Origin: Opitutales bacterium
GTDB taxonomy: Bacteria > Verrucomicrobiota > Verrucomicrobiia > Opitutales > UBA2987
Length of the DNA: 64,000 nucleotides
Direction of reading: 5' to 3'
Assembly: GCA_965226885.1 (NCBI GenBank)
Contig: CBDDEL010000016.1
Span: 320,001-384,000, forward strand
Made by a program: the position numbers and the translations under genes
Notes under the pieces: model-generated
What the model saw: the letters and a program-made list of their open reading frames with translations, nothing else
What the model was told of the DNA's origin: nothing
The model's database searches: none
Shown here: positions 22,778 through 33,767 of the stretch, in pieces
Numbering within the stretch: the first letter of the stretch is position 1
How the letters are laid out: every line of letters starts with the position of its first letter

Positions 22778-24909
22778 GGTAGTGTATAAAAAAGAATGTT
22801 ATTTTGTATTTTTAGCTGTACAAATAGCGTTAGGCAGTTTATTCTTAGTGCATGGTTACTAAAATTATTAATTGTCGGCACTGTGGAAGTGAAAATATCA
22901 TTAAATTTGGCAAGACGCCCAACCATAAACAGCGCTACCGCTGCCATGATTGTGGTAAACAAAGCCGCGAAAACCCCACAGTGAAATACACCGAAGAGCA
23001 AAAAGAAATGATCCTTCGAGTCTATCAGGAACGCAGCAGTCTACGCGGTTTACAGCGCGCCTTCGGGGTGAGTCCCAACACCGTTTTGAGTTGGTTAAAA
23101 AAAACGACAATCGCTGCGACCGCTCAAAAGCACGATTCTTGCGGCCCGCCGCCATGATGTCATTGAACTGGACGAACTGTGGTCTTTTGTGGGGCGCAAG
23201 AGCGATGCCCAATGGGTTTGGATCGCTCTTTGCCGACGCACCCGTCAAATCCTCTCCTATGCCATTGGGCCTCGGGATTGGTATCGTTGCCGGGAACTTT
23301 ACGAGCGTCTGCCACGGGCCTACAAAAGATGTGCCACCTACAGCGACTTTTGGAGCACTTATGATGAAGTCTTTCCTCATAACCGATGACGTGTACTGGA
23401 TTTGTTGGACACGGGATTCTCTTATATTCATTGTTTATTGATTAGTGTGTCAGGCGGCTTGTTTTGGTAAAGGGTTTTGTTTTCTCGTTGCCCCCCATGG
23501 GGGGCAAATATTTTCCTCGAATTGGACTGGGCTTTGGTAACTCAGAGAGGAATGTTTGCGATATCGGTTGTAGAAGATTTCCACGTATTCGAAGACAGTT
23601 GATCGCAGTTCGCGCTCGTCGGCAAAGTGGCGGCCTCGAATCGTGCTGGTCTTGAAGCGGCCGTAGAACGATTCCATGGCCGCGTTGTCGTAGCAGTTGC
23701 CTTGGGCGCTCATGCTCGGCTTCATGCCTAGTTCAGAGACCAGCCTCTGATAGTCGTCGCTGGCGTAGGGGCTGCCCCGATCGCTGTGATGAATAATCCC
23801 GGTGCGCAGTGTGCCGCGGGTCATGGCCGCGGCTTTGAGGGCCTTGCCAACCAGCTTCGCGTCGTTGTGGTTGGAAACGCTCCAGCCCAGCAGGCGTCGG
23901 CTGAACAGGTCCATCACCGTGGCCAAGTACATCCAACCGGCCAGGGTCCGTAGGTAGGTCGTGTCCGCCACCCAGACCTCGTCGATATGGGTCGGCTGGC
24001 CATGCTTTTTAAGCACATTGGGGCTGTAACCATAGGGATGGTTACTGTTGGTTTTTAATGGCTTAAAGCGTTTACTCTGGGTGCTTTTGATTCCCATTTC
24101 ACGCATCAGACGCAGAGCCCGGTCACGGCCGCAATCGATGCCCTCATCATCCTTCAGATGGCGGTGCATTGGCCGATGCCCATAGCGGCCCTTGGCCTCT
24201 TTGTGTACCTTCAGGATCGCCCCCTTGATTCCCTCGTCCTCGATCCGCCGGGCCGAGGGCGCTCGGTGCCTCCAGCAGTAATAGCCACTGCGACAAATCC
24301 CCATCGCCGAGCATATTTCCTCGATCTTGAAGCGCCCCTCGTTGTCTTTGACAAACTGGTACTTCATTGTTCGTCCTTGGCAAAGTAGCCCACCGTTTTT
24401 TTTAGTATCTGGTTGATCCGCTCCGAGCGGCGCAGCTCTTTGCGAAGACGATCTATCTCGGCCGCCATCTCCTTCGGACTGCTCTGTCGCTTTGAGGTGG
24501 CTTCGCCCTGCTGATCGTCCAGATAGAGCCTCTTCCACCTATACAATTGGTTGGTGTTGACCCCAAGTTTGGTCGATACCTCGGTGGCGCTCAGACCATC
24601 GAGTATCATCAGTTGAACTGCCTCATTTTTGAACTCTATACTAAAGCGTCTTCTTCCCATGCTTCGATTCTCCATTTAGGAGAATCTCGTGTCCACTTTT
24701 TCCAGTGCACATCACGATCCGTGGGAAAAGAAACCGGTGAAACGGCCCATGTGGAACGATGGAACAATACCCTGCGCCAACGACTGGGTCGTTTCACACG
24801 CAAGACCCTCTCCTTTTCCAAGCTTAAGAGTATGCATGAAACCTGTCTGAGACTTTTCATTCATCAATATAATCAAGAATTAGCCACCATTCCTACTTAA
24901 TACACTACC
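22778..24909 (+). mobile_element. IS1-family element type a, copy 1 (insA/insB), interrupted by IS3
   Basis: IRs GGTAGTGTAT / ATACACTACC with 8-bp TSD AGGGTTTT. InsA zinc ribbon (CRHCGS...YRCHDCG), A-run frameshift motif, InsB ELDELW...[12 protein letters not shown]. Confidence 0.95.
23387..24714 (-). mobile_element. IS3-family element type a, copy 1 (orfA 24364..24675, orfB ending 23450)
   Basis: TG...CA ends with 3-bp TSD CGA. rve DDE motifs WVADTTY, HHSDRGSPY, DNAAMESFY. Confidence 0.95.
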
Positions 24910-25009
24910 AGGGTTTTCATATATTAATCATAGGTCCAAGTGTCCAGAGGTTGCACTCCTGGCTGGCGAATAGAGCACCTTCAGGGCAGTGTACTAAACA
25001 TTGGCCTGT

Positions 25010-26726
25010 TTATACATCAGCCTCCTCCACATACGTCACGTTAAAGAAGAGATGGTCGCGGAGGTCCAGTCGGATCCTCTCTGCTACCTTCATTGCACTG
25101 AGTGTGCGAATACTCTCAGCAGCTGTCCTTTGACAGTATTCCGACCATTGTTCCGTTTTACTACGCACTATCGTTGAAGTGGACGGGGTTGTTTGGACAA
25201 TTTTGACGTGGGATTAAGGTGGAAATCGTGTTCATATTATTTTTTAAAAATATATTTTGTCCTTAGCCAAAGACGGGCACGCAGGTGCCCGCAAGCTGTA
25301 TTGGCGGGGAGGGTGGTTTTGCTCCGATTGCATGGACTTCGGCCGGGGTCCGGTAGCCCAGGGCTTGGTGGGGGCGCAGGTGGTTGTAGAAGTCCAGGTA
25401 GCGGGCTATCCCTTCGCTGGCTTCCTTTGCCGTGGCGTATTCGCGCAGGTAAATGTCTTCATACTTGAGGGTTCTCCAAAAGCGTTCAACAAATATGTTG
25501 TCCAGGTAGCGGCCACGCCCGTCCATGCTGATGCGCACCCCGGCTTGCCCCAGCACCGAGGTGAACTCGCTGCCGGTAAACTGGCTGCCTTGATCGGTGT
25601 TGAAGATTTGAGGTTGGGCCCGCCTCAGAGCTTCCTCCAGGGCGAGCACACAGAAGCGGCTCTCCAGGGTGTTGGAAAGCTGCCAGCTCAACACGTAGCG
25701 GCTGAACCAGTCCAACACCACGGTCAAGAAAAGGAATCCTCGGCTCAGCCGCAGGTAAGTGATGTCGCTGCACCATACCTGGTCGGGCCGCTCGACCGCC
25801 AAACCCCGCAGCAGATAAGGGAAAATGCGGTGCTGCCGGTGCCCCTGGCTCAAGTTTCGACGCGGATAAATAGCCTCCAGGCCCATTTGGCGCATGAGCC
25901 GCTGGATGCGGCCTCGTCCCACTGCATGGCCCTCTCGACGCAGCCACTGGGTCATCCGGCGAGAACCAAAAAACGGATATTGGGTGTAGAGCTCATCCAT
26001 GCGATGCATGTAGAGAACGTTCTGCTCGCACTGGGCACGGGCCCGATAGTAATAGCTGCCGCGGGCCAGCCCCAGCAACTGACATTGCCTGCCGATACTG
26101 ATTTTTCCTTGAAGTGGTTGCACCATCTTGCGCCTCTCACCAACCGAATTGTTCAGACTTTTTTTTTAGCCAATCGCATTCTACTTTCAGCTTTCCAATC
26201 TCCTGGTAAAGGTGATCTTTTTCCGTCTCGTTGTCCTTGCTGAGAGTCTGCCGCTGGCGCGAAAACAGCTCCGTTGCTCCCTGCAAAAGCTGCTTCTTCC
26301 ATTGGGTCACCTGGTTGGGATGCACCTCAAAACGACCGGCGATCTCGTTGATGGTATGAGCGCCCCTGATGGCTTCCAGGGCCACTCGGGCTTTAAACTC
26401 AGCACTGTATTGTCTTCTCTTTCGTGATTTAATAACATTCATAGGTTAGCGGATTTAGTGGTTCAAGACCACCTTATTCCACTGTCCAGTTTTCCCCGTC
26501 CATTTCACGTATCCCATGACCATACTCCTGGGGGCTCGTCCCTCGAACTCGGGATCACTCCTATGATACCGTCATCAATCACGACCCAGACTTCTCCACC
26601 TAGAATCGCTTGCCCGGAGTCTGCGATTGCCTGGAGCGCAAATATAACATCCGCTCTTCGCCATGCGTACTCTCCATCTGCATCCTTAAACGCGGAGGCT
26701 TTAACTTGTTTCGGGAGGTCGCTCAT
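25010..26726 (-). pseudogene. Imm40-like immunity protein gene split by IS3 type b
   Basis: Removing the IS and one CGT restores MSDLPKQ...AILGGEVW...WSWDT-IVRSKTEQWSEYCQR...FFNVTYVEEADV*. The family is guessed from the ILGG(D/E)V motif. Confidence 0.65.
25175..26507 (-). mobile_element. IS3-family element type b (orfA 26137..26442, orfB 25263..26126)
   Basis: IRs TGAAGTGGACGGGG / CCCCGTCCATTTCA with TSD CGT. A9G frameshift signal. WCSDITY, NTDQGSQFT, DNIFVERFW. Confidence 0.95.
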
Positions 26727-26778
26727 GTATGTCGATAACTCATTATTGAGGGTACTTTTGTGATATTTGCGGACCCCT

Positions 26779-27372
26779 CTATTTGCCGGGGGCGAACCAG
26801 TGGATTTCCAGGCATTGGCGCAGGGCCATGCGGGCGCGGTGTAGAATGGTCCAGAGGTTTTGCTTGGATATGCCAACAATTTCGCAGATTTCGGGGCTGG
26901 AATAACCATCCACTTCCCGCATTAAAAACACTCGCCGGATTTTTTCGGGTAATTGGTCGGCGCAGGAGTTGAACTGTTCGCGAAATTCTTTGCGGTCCAT
27001 ATTGGTCACCTGCTCGGGGCTCAACTGGGAGGGATGGCCGGACATATCGGCTCGCCAGTGACCGTCCTCCTTAAATGATTTTCCCGATTCATCTTCGTAA
27101 AAGGAGGAGAGTTCGCTGAAATTGGTGACCCGGGAATTCTTTCGATAATGATCGATGATTTTGTTTTTGAGGATTCCCGTCAGCCAGGTTTTGACGGAAG
27201 CCTTGCCCTTGAACCGGTCGAGCGACTTGATCGCAGCAAGGAATGTATCCTGCACAAGGTCCTCCGCCAAGGCCGTATTGTTGACCCGGTATTGGGCAAA
27301 GCGATAGAGAGAATCCCCGTAATCATCCACCCACCGGGCTGGATCCGGTTTTTCTGCATTTGGGGATTCCAT
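26779..27372 (-). CDS. ECF-family RNA polymerase sigma-70 factor
   Basis: AEDLVQDTFLAA...SVKTWLTGILKNKIIDHYR...LPEKIRRVFLMREVDG...LHRARMALR. Confidence 0.92.
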   Translation of the reverse strand: MESPNAEKPDPARWVDDYGDSLYRFAQYRVNNTALAEDLVQDTFLAAIKSLDRFKGKASVKTWLTGILKNKIIDHYRKNSRVTNFSELSSFYEDESGKSFKEDGHWRADMSGHPSQLSPEQVTNMDRKEFREQFNSCADQLPEKIRRVFLMREVDGYSSPEICEIVGISKQNLWTILHRARMALRQCLEIHWFAPGK

Positions 27373-27414
27373 ACTGGTATTCCGGGAATGTTATGAGGCC
27401 AGTGGAAGTTTTCC

Positions 27415-28509
27415 TTATTCCTCGCCGCCCGGATTGAGAATTTCCTGGATTTTTGCCTCCCGGTCGGAGGTTTGCAGGGCCTCCAGCAACTCCGCGATTT
27501 CCCCGTCCATAAATTGGGGCAGGCTGTGCAGGGAAAAACCGATGCGGTGGTCCGTGACCCGGCTCTGGGGGAAGTTGTAAGTGCGTATACGCTCCGAGCG
27601 ATCGCCCGTACCGACCTGGCTTTTGCGGTCTGCCGCATATTTGGCCCGCTCCTCTTCTTCCTTCGCTTTGAGGAGCCTGGCCCGGAGCACTTTGAGGGCT
27701 TTATTCTTGTTCTTCAACTGCGACCGCTCATCCGCGCAGGTAACCGTTATGTTGGTCGGCAAATGGGTTATCTGGACGGCCGAATCCGTGGTATTGACGC
27801 TTTGGCCGCCCGGTCCGCTGGCCCGGCAAACGGTGATTTCGAGATCATTGGGGTCGATCTGCACATCCACTTCTTCGGCTTCCGGCAACACCGCCACGGT
27901 GGCGGCGGATGTATGGATGCGCCCGTTGGTTTCCGTAACCGGTATGCGCTGCACCCGGTGCACCCCGCTTTCAAATTTGAGGGATTTGTAGGCCTCCTCT
28001 CCGGTGACCAAAAAAACCACCTGTTTGAACCCGCCGCTTTCCGATTCGCTGGCCCCCAGGGGCTCGATCTTCCAGCCCCGGTTTTCCACGAACCGACAAT
28101 ACATACGATAAAGATCGGCCGCGAACAGGCTGGCCTCATCCCCTCCCGTGCCGGCCCGAATTTCCATCACCGTATTGCGTGAATCTGAAGAATCCGGGGG
28201 AATCAAGGCGGTCAGGATTACCTGGCGCAAGTCCTCCAGTTGCTCCTCCAAAGCGGGAATTTCTTCCCTGGCCAGAGCGGCAAACTCTTCCTCGCTCTCG
28301 GGATCGCTGATAATGGCACGGTGTTCGGCCAACTCTCCCTGCACCTCGATCGAGCGTTCATGCGCCTCCAAAAGGCGGTTCAACTTCTGATGTTCGCGGG
28401 AAAGTCTGGCCACTTTGCGCTGGTCTTGAAAAAAATCAGGCTGCGCCATGAGCGCATCGATTTCCGCGAAGCGCCTCCGAAAAGGAGAAATATCCGGAAG
28501 ATTTTCCAT
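27415..28509 (-). CDS. prfA: Peptide chain release factor 1
   Basis: [21 protein letters not shown] (PxT), SGPGGQSVN (GGQ), IRTYNFPQ. Confidence 0.96.
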   Translation of the reverse strand: MENLPDISPFRRRFAEIDALMAQPDFFQDQRKVARLSREHQKLNRLLEAHERSIEVQGELAEHRAIISDPESEEEFAALAREEIPALEEQLEDLRQVILTALIPPDSSDSRNTVMEIRAGTGGDEASLFAADLYRMYCRFVENRGWKIEPLGASESESGGFKQVVFLVTGEEAYKSLKFESGVHRVQRIPVTETNGRIHTSAATVAVLPEAEEVDVQIDPNDLEITVCRASGPGGQSVNTTDSAVQITHLPTNITVTCADERSQLKNKNKALKVLRARLLKAKEEEERAKYAADRKSQVGTGDRSERIRTYNFPQSRVTDHRIGFSLHSLPQFMDGEIAELLEALQTSDREAKIQEILNPGGEE

Positions 28510-28621
28510 TATTGAATCACTTTTGAATATATTCGCTAAAGTTGCCTCCCAGCGGCAAGCCAATATACGGACAATTTGTCCATCTTTAAATCGGTAGGGC
28601 CGGGAGCAAAACCGATCCGGG

Positions 28622-28660
28622 AAAAAAGGCGGCTCCCCTAGGATAATGGGGGAGCCGCCC
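28622..28660 (-). terminator. Rho-independent terminator upstream of prfA
   Basis: Minus strand GGCGGCTCCCC...GGGGAGCCGCC followed by a T7 run. Confidence 0.7.
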
Positions 28661-28871
28661 TGTATAATTGCATTTCATCCTAGCGCCAACTAAATGAACC
28701 TGCAAAGTCATTTTTCCCGACATCGAAAAAGCTACAAGCCGAAAAGGTAGATTTACCCATTGTTAATCGCAAAATGCTTGTCAATAAAAAATATTTAGAA
28801 ATTTACAGATGGGTCCTTTAGCGCAACGATTCCCCGTGTGAAAATAGGAGTCCAATGAGGCCCGATTTATT

Positions 28872-29141
28872 TCAAAGCATCCCGCCGATGGTTCGCTCAT
28901 ACTCGGGAAAATACCTGCCGATGAGGGGAAGGTCGAAGCGCGCCAATATCATCGTGTTGCTTTCCCGGGCCAGCAAGAATTGGAACGACTTCTCGATCAA
29001 TACCTCCGGGGTGACACGGCCAGCGGTTAGCTTTTTGTAGTATTCGTCCGCCAGGGAAACATTGTGGGAAGTGGTGCTCCCAGCCTCAACGGTGACCTCA
29101 TAGGATTGCCCGGAGCTCTTTTTCACAGTAATTTTTGCCAT
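28872..29141 (-). CDS. Small conserved-type hypothetical protein
   Basis: 89-aa ORF with SFQFLLARES...IL..FDL..I.RYFPEYE, a motif pattern I recognise from an uncharacterised family. Confidence 0.7.
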   Translation of the reverse strand: MAKITVKKSSGQSYEVTVEAGSTTSHNVSLADEYYKKLTAGRVTPEVLIEKSFQFLLARESNTMILARFDLPLIGRYFPEYERTIGGML

Positions 29142-29302
29142 AACACCACTATGCCGGATAAACGCCCCGGCCACAAATAAAATCACTTGTAATAATCAGG
29201 CAGTAATATTATATATTTCTATAAGGCCAAGAGGCCAAGGCCAATAATTGCCAATAGCAACAGATTGGAAGCCTCGGAGGGAAGCCTCGGAGCATAGTAA
29301 AA

Positions 29303-30079
29303 ATGGTCGCCTCGAAAACCAAAGCAGCCTTTTGGATCGGCATTGCCACACTCAGCTTGTTGAGCAAGATTCAAGCAGTGGTTATCCAGGACGGCCTTAT
29401 TGCCCATTGGACAGCCGATGACACGGGGGAGGATGCCACCACAAATAACAATGACGGCACTTTGATTGGAAACACTACTTACACCACGGGAGTAATCGGA
29501 AGCGCTTTCTCCTTTGACGGTTCCGGCGACTACGTGCAAGTGCCCGACAGCAGTTTGTGGACATTCACCGGGGACTTCACGATTGGACTTTGGGCCAATT
29601 TCGCCAGCAATCCGGGAGGATCGGTGGGACAAGCCGGAAGCATTTTTATCGGCCACGACGAAGGCGGCGGAACCCAGAACAAGTGGTGGTTCGGCCTCGG
29701 AGGCGGCCAACTCAACTTCCACATCAATGGGCCCGGAACGGGGTTGGCTTTTCTCGCCCTGACCGATTTCAACCCCAATCTCGAGCAATGGTATCATCTG
29801 TCCGTAACCAGATCGGGAAACAATTTTACGACCTACATTGATGGAACCGCCGGAACCGTCCAGAGCGGCACACTGGCGATCCCCAATGCCAACACCTTCA
29901 TCACCATCGGTCAGGCCGAAGGGTTTTTTCACCACGGCGCCATCGACGACATCACCCTATACGACCGCGCTCTCTCTCTTTCTGAAATTAACACCCTGGC
30001 CACCATCCCGGAACCCACCTCAGCCCTCCTCCTGTTGCTCGCCGCTCCATTGCTCCTTTGGCGAGGTTCCAGGAGTTGA
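29303..30079 (+). CDS. LamG-like jellyroll protein with PEP-CTERM sorting signal
   Basis: Signal peptide, GLIAHW...AFSFDGSGDYV...WYHLSVT...IDDITLYDRALS, C-terminal IPEPTSALLLLLAAPLLLWRGSRS. Confidence 0.88.
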   Translation: MVASKTKAAFWIGIATLSLLSKIQAVVIQDGLIAHWTADDTGEDATTNNNDGTLIGNTTYTTGVIGSAFSFDGSGDYVQVPDSSLWTFTGDFTIGLWANFASNPGGSVGQAGSIFIGHDEGGGTQNKWWFGLGGGQLNFHINGPGTGLAFLALTDFNPNLEQWYHLSVTRSGNNFTTYIDGTAGTVQSGTLAIPNANTFITIGQAEGFFHHGAIDDITLYDRALSLSEINTLATIPEPTSALLLLLAAPLLLWRGSRS

Positions 30080-30188
30080 CTGATATTGGGGTATGGCTCC
30101 GAACAGCGTGAATTTAAAGCCAAATCGAATTTTCTTCCTTCTTCCTCTTTGTAATCGACTGTCGGTTTGGAATACCTAAACTTAAAAA

Positions 30189-30389
30189 ATGAAAATCGAG
30201 ATCGAACAGGAGGATGATGGACGGTGGATAGCTGAAGTTTCTGATCTCCCAGGTGTCATGGTGTATGCTGAAGATAGGGAGCAGGCCATTGCGAAGGTGG
30301 AAGCGCTTGCACTCAGAACCATTGCTGACCGCCTCGAACACGGGGAGGACATTCCTGATCTTAACGGCGTGTTTTCCATTGTCACATGA
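30189..30389 (+). CDS. hicB: HicB-family antitoxin (short form)
   Basis: IEQEDDGRWIAEVSDLPGVMVYA. Confidence 0.85.
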   Translation: MKIEIEQEDDGRWIAEVSDLPGVMVYAEDREQAIAKVEALALRTIADRLEHGEDIPDLNGVFSIVT

Positions 30390-30601
30390 GCCAATGGGGA
30401 TCTGCTAAGGCTCGAATTGTTTTGCGGGCGCTATTGCGCATCGGATGGCAGATTAAACGGTCACGGTCTGGATCTCACAAGATTTTATCAAAAGAGGGAT
30501 GGCCCGATTATGTATTCTCCTTCCATGACGGTGAAGAATTAGGTCCAAGAATGTTGGCCCGAATCGCTAAGAAGACGGGACTGAATCCCGAAGATTTATG
30601 A
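30386..30601 (+). CDS. hicA: HicA-family mRNA interferase toxin
   Basis: LLRIGW...SGSHKIL...FHDGEELGPRMLARIAKKTGL. ATGA overlap with hicB. Confidence 0.85.
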   Translation: MSQWGSAKARIVLRALLRIGWQIKRSRSGSHKILSKEGWPDYVFSFHDGEELGPRMLARIAKKTGLNPEDL

Positions 30602-30894
30602 ACAATTTGCTTTGCATACATCCTGGTGAACATCTTCTTGAGGATTTTCTCAAGCCTCACGGTATTACACAGTATCGTTTAGCCAAGGATATTGGCGTTT
30701 CGGCGATGCGGATACATGAAATCATTAAAGGCAAGCGGGCCATAACAGCCGATACGGCGTTGCGGCTGGGCAAGTATTTCGGTACTACTGCACGGATATG
30801 GATGCGCCTGCAAGCACGCTACGATTTGGAAAAGGCGCAGCTTGCAGTCGGCAAAAAAATAGAGGAAGAGGTGCCGGCGTTAAACTCGGTTTAG
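30598..30894 (+). CDS. higA: HigA-family HTH antitoxin (no adjacent HigB)
   Basis: IHPGEHLLEDFL...RAITADTALRLGKYFGT...WMRLQARYDL. Confidence 0.88.
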   Translation: MNNLLCIHPGEHLLEDFLKPHGITQYRLAKDIGVSAMRIHEIIKGKRAITADTALRLGKYFGTTARIWMRLQARYDLEKAQLAVGKKIEEEVPALNSV

Positions 30895-30900
30895 GACTAG

Positions 30901-32467
30901 CCCGGATATTTCATGAAGGGTAAAGTTTGGCTCGTTATTGCTATTGGAGATGGATTTCTTTGTATTTTGAGCAGATCGTCTTGATTTTTAGGTGTTTTTC
31001 AGGGTGTAGAGACACTGCCCCCTTTCCCCCATTGGTTCGGTAGTGCCGGGGGCAGCACCAATGCACCCTTTAGGTTGGCACCAATCGGCGGGCCGCATGG
31101 TTGAAAAGACTGGCCCAAGGATAACTCTCACTTAGGTGAAAGTGAATCGTTCGGGTGTTGCGCACGATGACCGCTCCGATCTTGATTAATTTGAGCCGCA
31201 GGGTGTGCCATTGGGCCCGCGCCCACTTCGTCCCTTTTAAGGCTAACCGGCGCATGGCTTCCATCAAGGTGTAGGCCAGCGCCGACAAGAGCAATCGCCA
31301 CTGATTGGCCCACCATTGATGGGCGCTGGTGCGCTCGCTGAACAATTGCATCTGTTCCTTGATTCGGTTCTCCATTTCACCGCGGCCACAGTATACCTTG
31401 TCGTAAAGCTCCTGGGGATCGCCCGGCAGGTTCGTCACCACGAAGCGCGGGTTGGACCCCTGTGCGGTGTGTTCGGCTTTATGGATGACCAACCGCAGCC
31501 ATCGCCACGAATCGGCAGCATAGACGAAGTCCTGGAATAACCGTTGTTTTTTACCCCTTAGTTCGAACCATTCTTTGGCCTGCTTTTGCAACTGCTGGGC
31601 GTCTTGCTGCAAGCGTGCATTGCGAGCCATCCCCACGATGTAACTAACTTCGTTGCGGTCGCACCAAGAGAGTATCCGGTCTCGACAAAATCCACTGTCG
31701 GCGCGCCAAATAATCCGCGTACGGGGCCAGCTTTGGCGAATCCGTTTAACCAGCAATTTGAGGATGGCCCCGGCATGCTTGCTGGCATCGATCTTGCTCG
31801 GCCGCAGGTAGGCCACCAGCAGCTGATCACCGCAAAAAACATATAGCGGCAGAAAACAGTAATGATCATAATAACCGTGGAAAAAACGTCCCTCCTGGAG
31901 CCCGTGCACCGGATTGTCGGTGGCGTCAAAGTCCAGGATGATCTCTTCGGGTTCCTCGGCAAAGGAGCCCATGAACTGTTCGACCAACAGCTCGTTTACC
32001 GCAAAGGCCGCCCGCCGATCCTGCCCGTTTTCAAAACGACACAAAGTCGGCGCGCTGGCCAACGTTTCAATGCGCCCCGTTACCGTTTGCAACAATGGAT
32101 CTTGGCGCAGGGTATCAAAGTCGTTCAAATCCTCATAGCCCGCCACCAGCCCGTAAACGCGCTGCCGCAGCATCCCCAAGACCTCATGGCGTACTTTGCC
32201 CTTCTGCCGTTTGTCCACTAACTGTCGGGCCGCTCGTTCGGTCAAGCCCAACTGCCGATCCACTTCCCGGATCAAAAGCAGTCCGGCATCCGAAGTAACC
32301 TCTCCGCCCTTGAAATCAACCCGCACACGGCGGCCTTTTACCCTTGTCAACTGTAGCTTTAATTGCTTACCTTTTGTCATCGCTGATATTGCTTTAATTA
32401 TTGATCTATCCTGCTGTATATCAGCAGTTAAGCATATCAACGATACTTTTTTTACGAAATATCCGGG
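30901..32467 (-). mobile_element. IS1380-family element copy 2 (intact transposase)
   Basis: 1567 bp, IRs as copy 1, CTAG duplication, ORF 31070..32440. Confidence 0.96.
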
Positions 32468-32552
32468 CTAGGAGTTCTACCGGTTGCAGGCGCGTCCGAT
32501 ATAAACCGTTGCGCCCGGCGGTGATTTTGGTTTCAGTTTGCAGCAGTATTTT

Positions 32553-33731
32553 ATGACGGCTGCGCTTTCCATCACCGGGCATTTGGAAGGGCCTTTTGAT
32601 GAGGCTGCTCTGGAGCAGTGGGCCAAGGAGCTGGGCCGGCAGTTGAGCGGGGAGGTGTCCCTGGGGATTGTTTTCATGGGGCCGCCTTTTTTCGACCATG
32701 CCGGGCAAGCCCTGGAGATTATTCGCATCAATGCCCGCGTGCCCCTCCTTGTTGGTTGTTCGAGCATGGGCCTTATCGCCAATGAGCATGAAATTGAAAT
32801 CGGCAGCGGTCTGGCGCTTAGTCTCTTCAGCTTGCCGGGCGCCCGCTTAAAGGCCTTGCACTTCACGGCGGAGGAAATTGCCTCGACCGAGGATGTCGAG
32901 GAATTCACGGGGATTTCCCGCTCTCAAACCAATGGCTGGCTGCTCCTGGCAGACCCTTTTCATTTGCGCACCGACAATTGGCTGGAGCGCTGGAATGATG
33001 CCTATTCCCCCAGTCCACTGCTGGGCGGCCTGGCCGGGGGGTTGGCGGGAAAACCGGAGTCTTTTCTTTACCTCAATGGCGAAGTTTTCAATGAGGGCAT
33101 GGTAGCCCTTTCGGTGGGGGGCGACATTTATCTGCAAGGGATTGTTTCGCAGGGCTGCACGCCCATCGGTGAAACCTGGACAATCACCGAAGTGGAGCAA
33201 AACAAAATCCTTGCCATCGCCAACAAACCGGCCTTCGCCATCCTGACGGAAACTTTTAACGGCCTCCCGGCCGCCATTCGGGAAAGGTCCAAATTCAATA
33301 TCTTTCTGGGCCTCGTTATTGATGAATACCAGGAGGATTTTCGGAGGGGCGACTTTCTTATCCGCAACTTGCTGGCGGCCGATCCCAAAAGCGGCGCCTT
33401 GACGGTGGGGGCCTATCCCCGGCCCGGCCAGACCCTCCAGTTCCAACTGCGCGACGCCGAGGCCGCGGATGAAGATTTGGCCGCTTCGCTGAACCTGGCC
33501 AAGGAAGCTCTGAATTCCGAAAATATCCTCGGCGGCTGCCTGTTTTCGTGCGCCGGACGGGGTGTGCATCTCTTCAACAGCCCCAACCACGACGCAAAAA
33601 TGATTCAGGAATCGTTGGGGCCGTTACCCCTGGTGGGGTTTTTCTGCCCCGGCGAAATCGGGCCGGTGGGTTCGCGCAGTTTTATCCACGGCTATACCGC
33701 GGCGCTGGTTCTATTTCTGAAGAAACCCTGA
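32553..33731 (+). CDS. FIST N/C domain protein
   Basis: LVGCSS, LLADPF, LLGGLAGG, VSQGCTPIG, FSCAGRG, GFFCPGEIGP, HGYTA. Confidence 0.9.
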   Translation: MTAALSITGHLEGPFDEAALEQWAKELGRQLSGEVSLGIVFMGPPFFDHAGQALEIIRINARVPLLVGCSSMGLIANEHEIEIGSGLALSLFSLPGARLKALHFTAEEIASTEDVEEFTGISRSQTNGWLLLADPFHLRTDNWLERWNDAYSPSPLLGGLAGGLAGKPESFLYLNGEVFNEGMVALSVGGDIYLQGIVSQGCTPIGETWTITEVEQNKILAIANKPAFAILTETFNGLPAAIRERSKFNIFLGLVIDEYQEDFRRGDFLIRNLLAADPKSGALTVGAYPRPGQTLQFQLRDAEAADEDLAASLNLAKEALNSENILGGCLFSCAGRGVHLFNSPNHDAKMIQESLGPLPLVGFFCPGEIGPVGSRSFIHGYTAALVLFLKKP

Positions 33732-33767
33732 CGACAATCAATCCGGCTTTTGAATAATAAAATATAG

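Noticed and set aside
25257..26243. 328-aa plus-strand ORF and many similar overlapping ORFs
   Set aside because: These are antisense shadows of transposases and GC-rich genes.
28660..28790. Possible sRNA or riboswitch ahead of the terminator upstream of prfA
   Set aside because: TTGACA is present but has no correctly spaced -10, and I recognise no RNA family motif.
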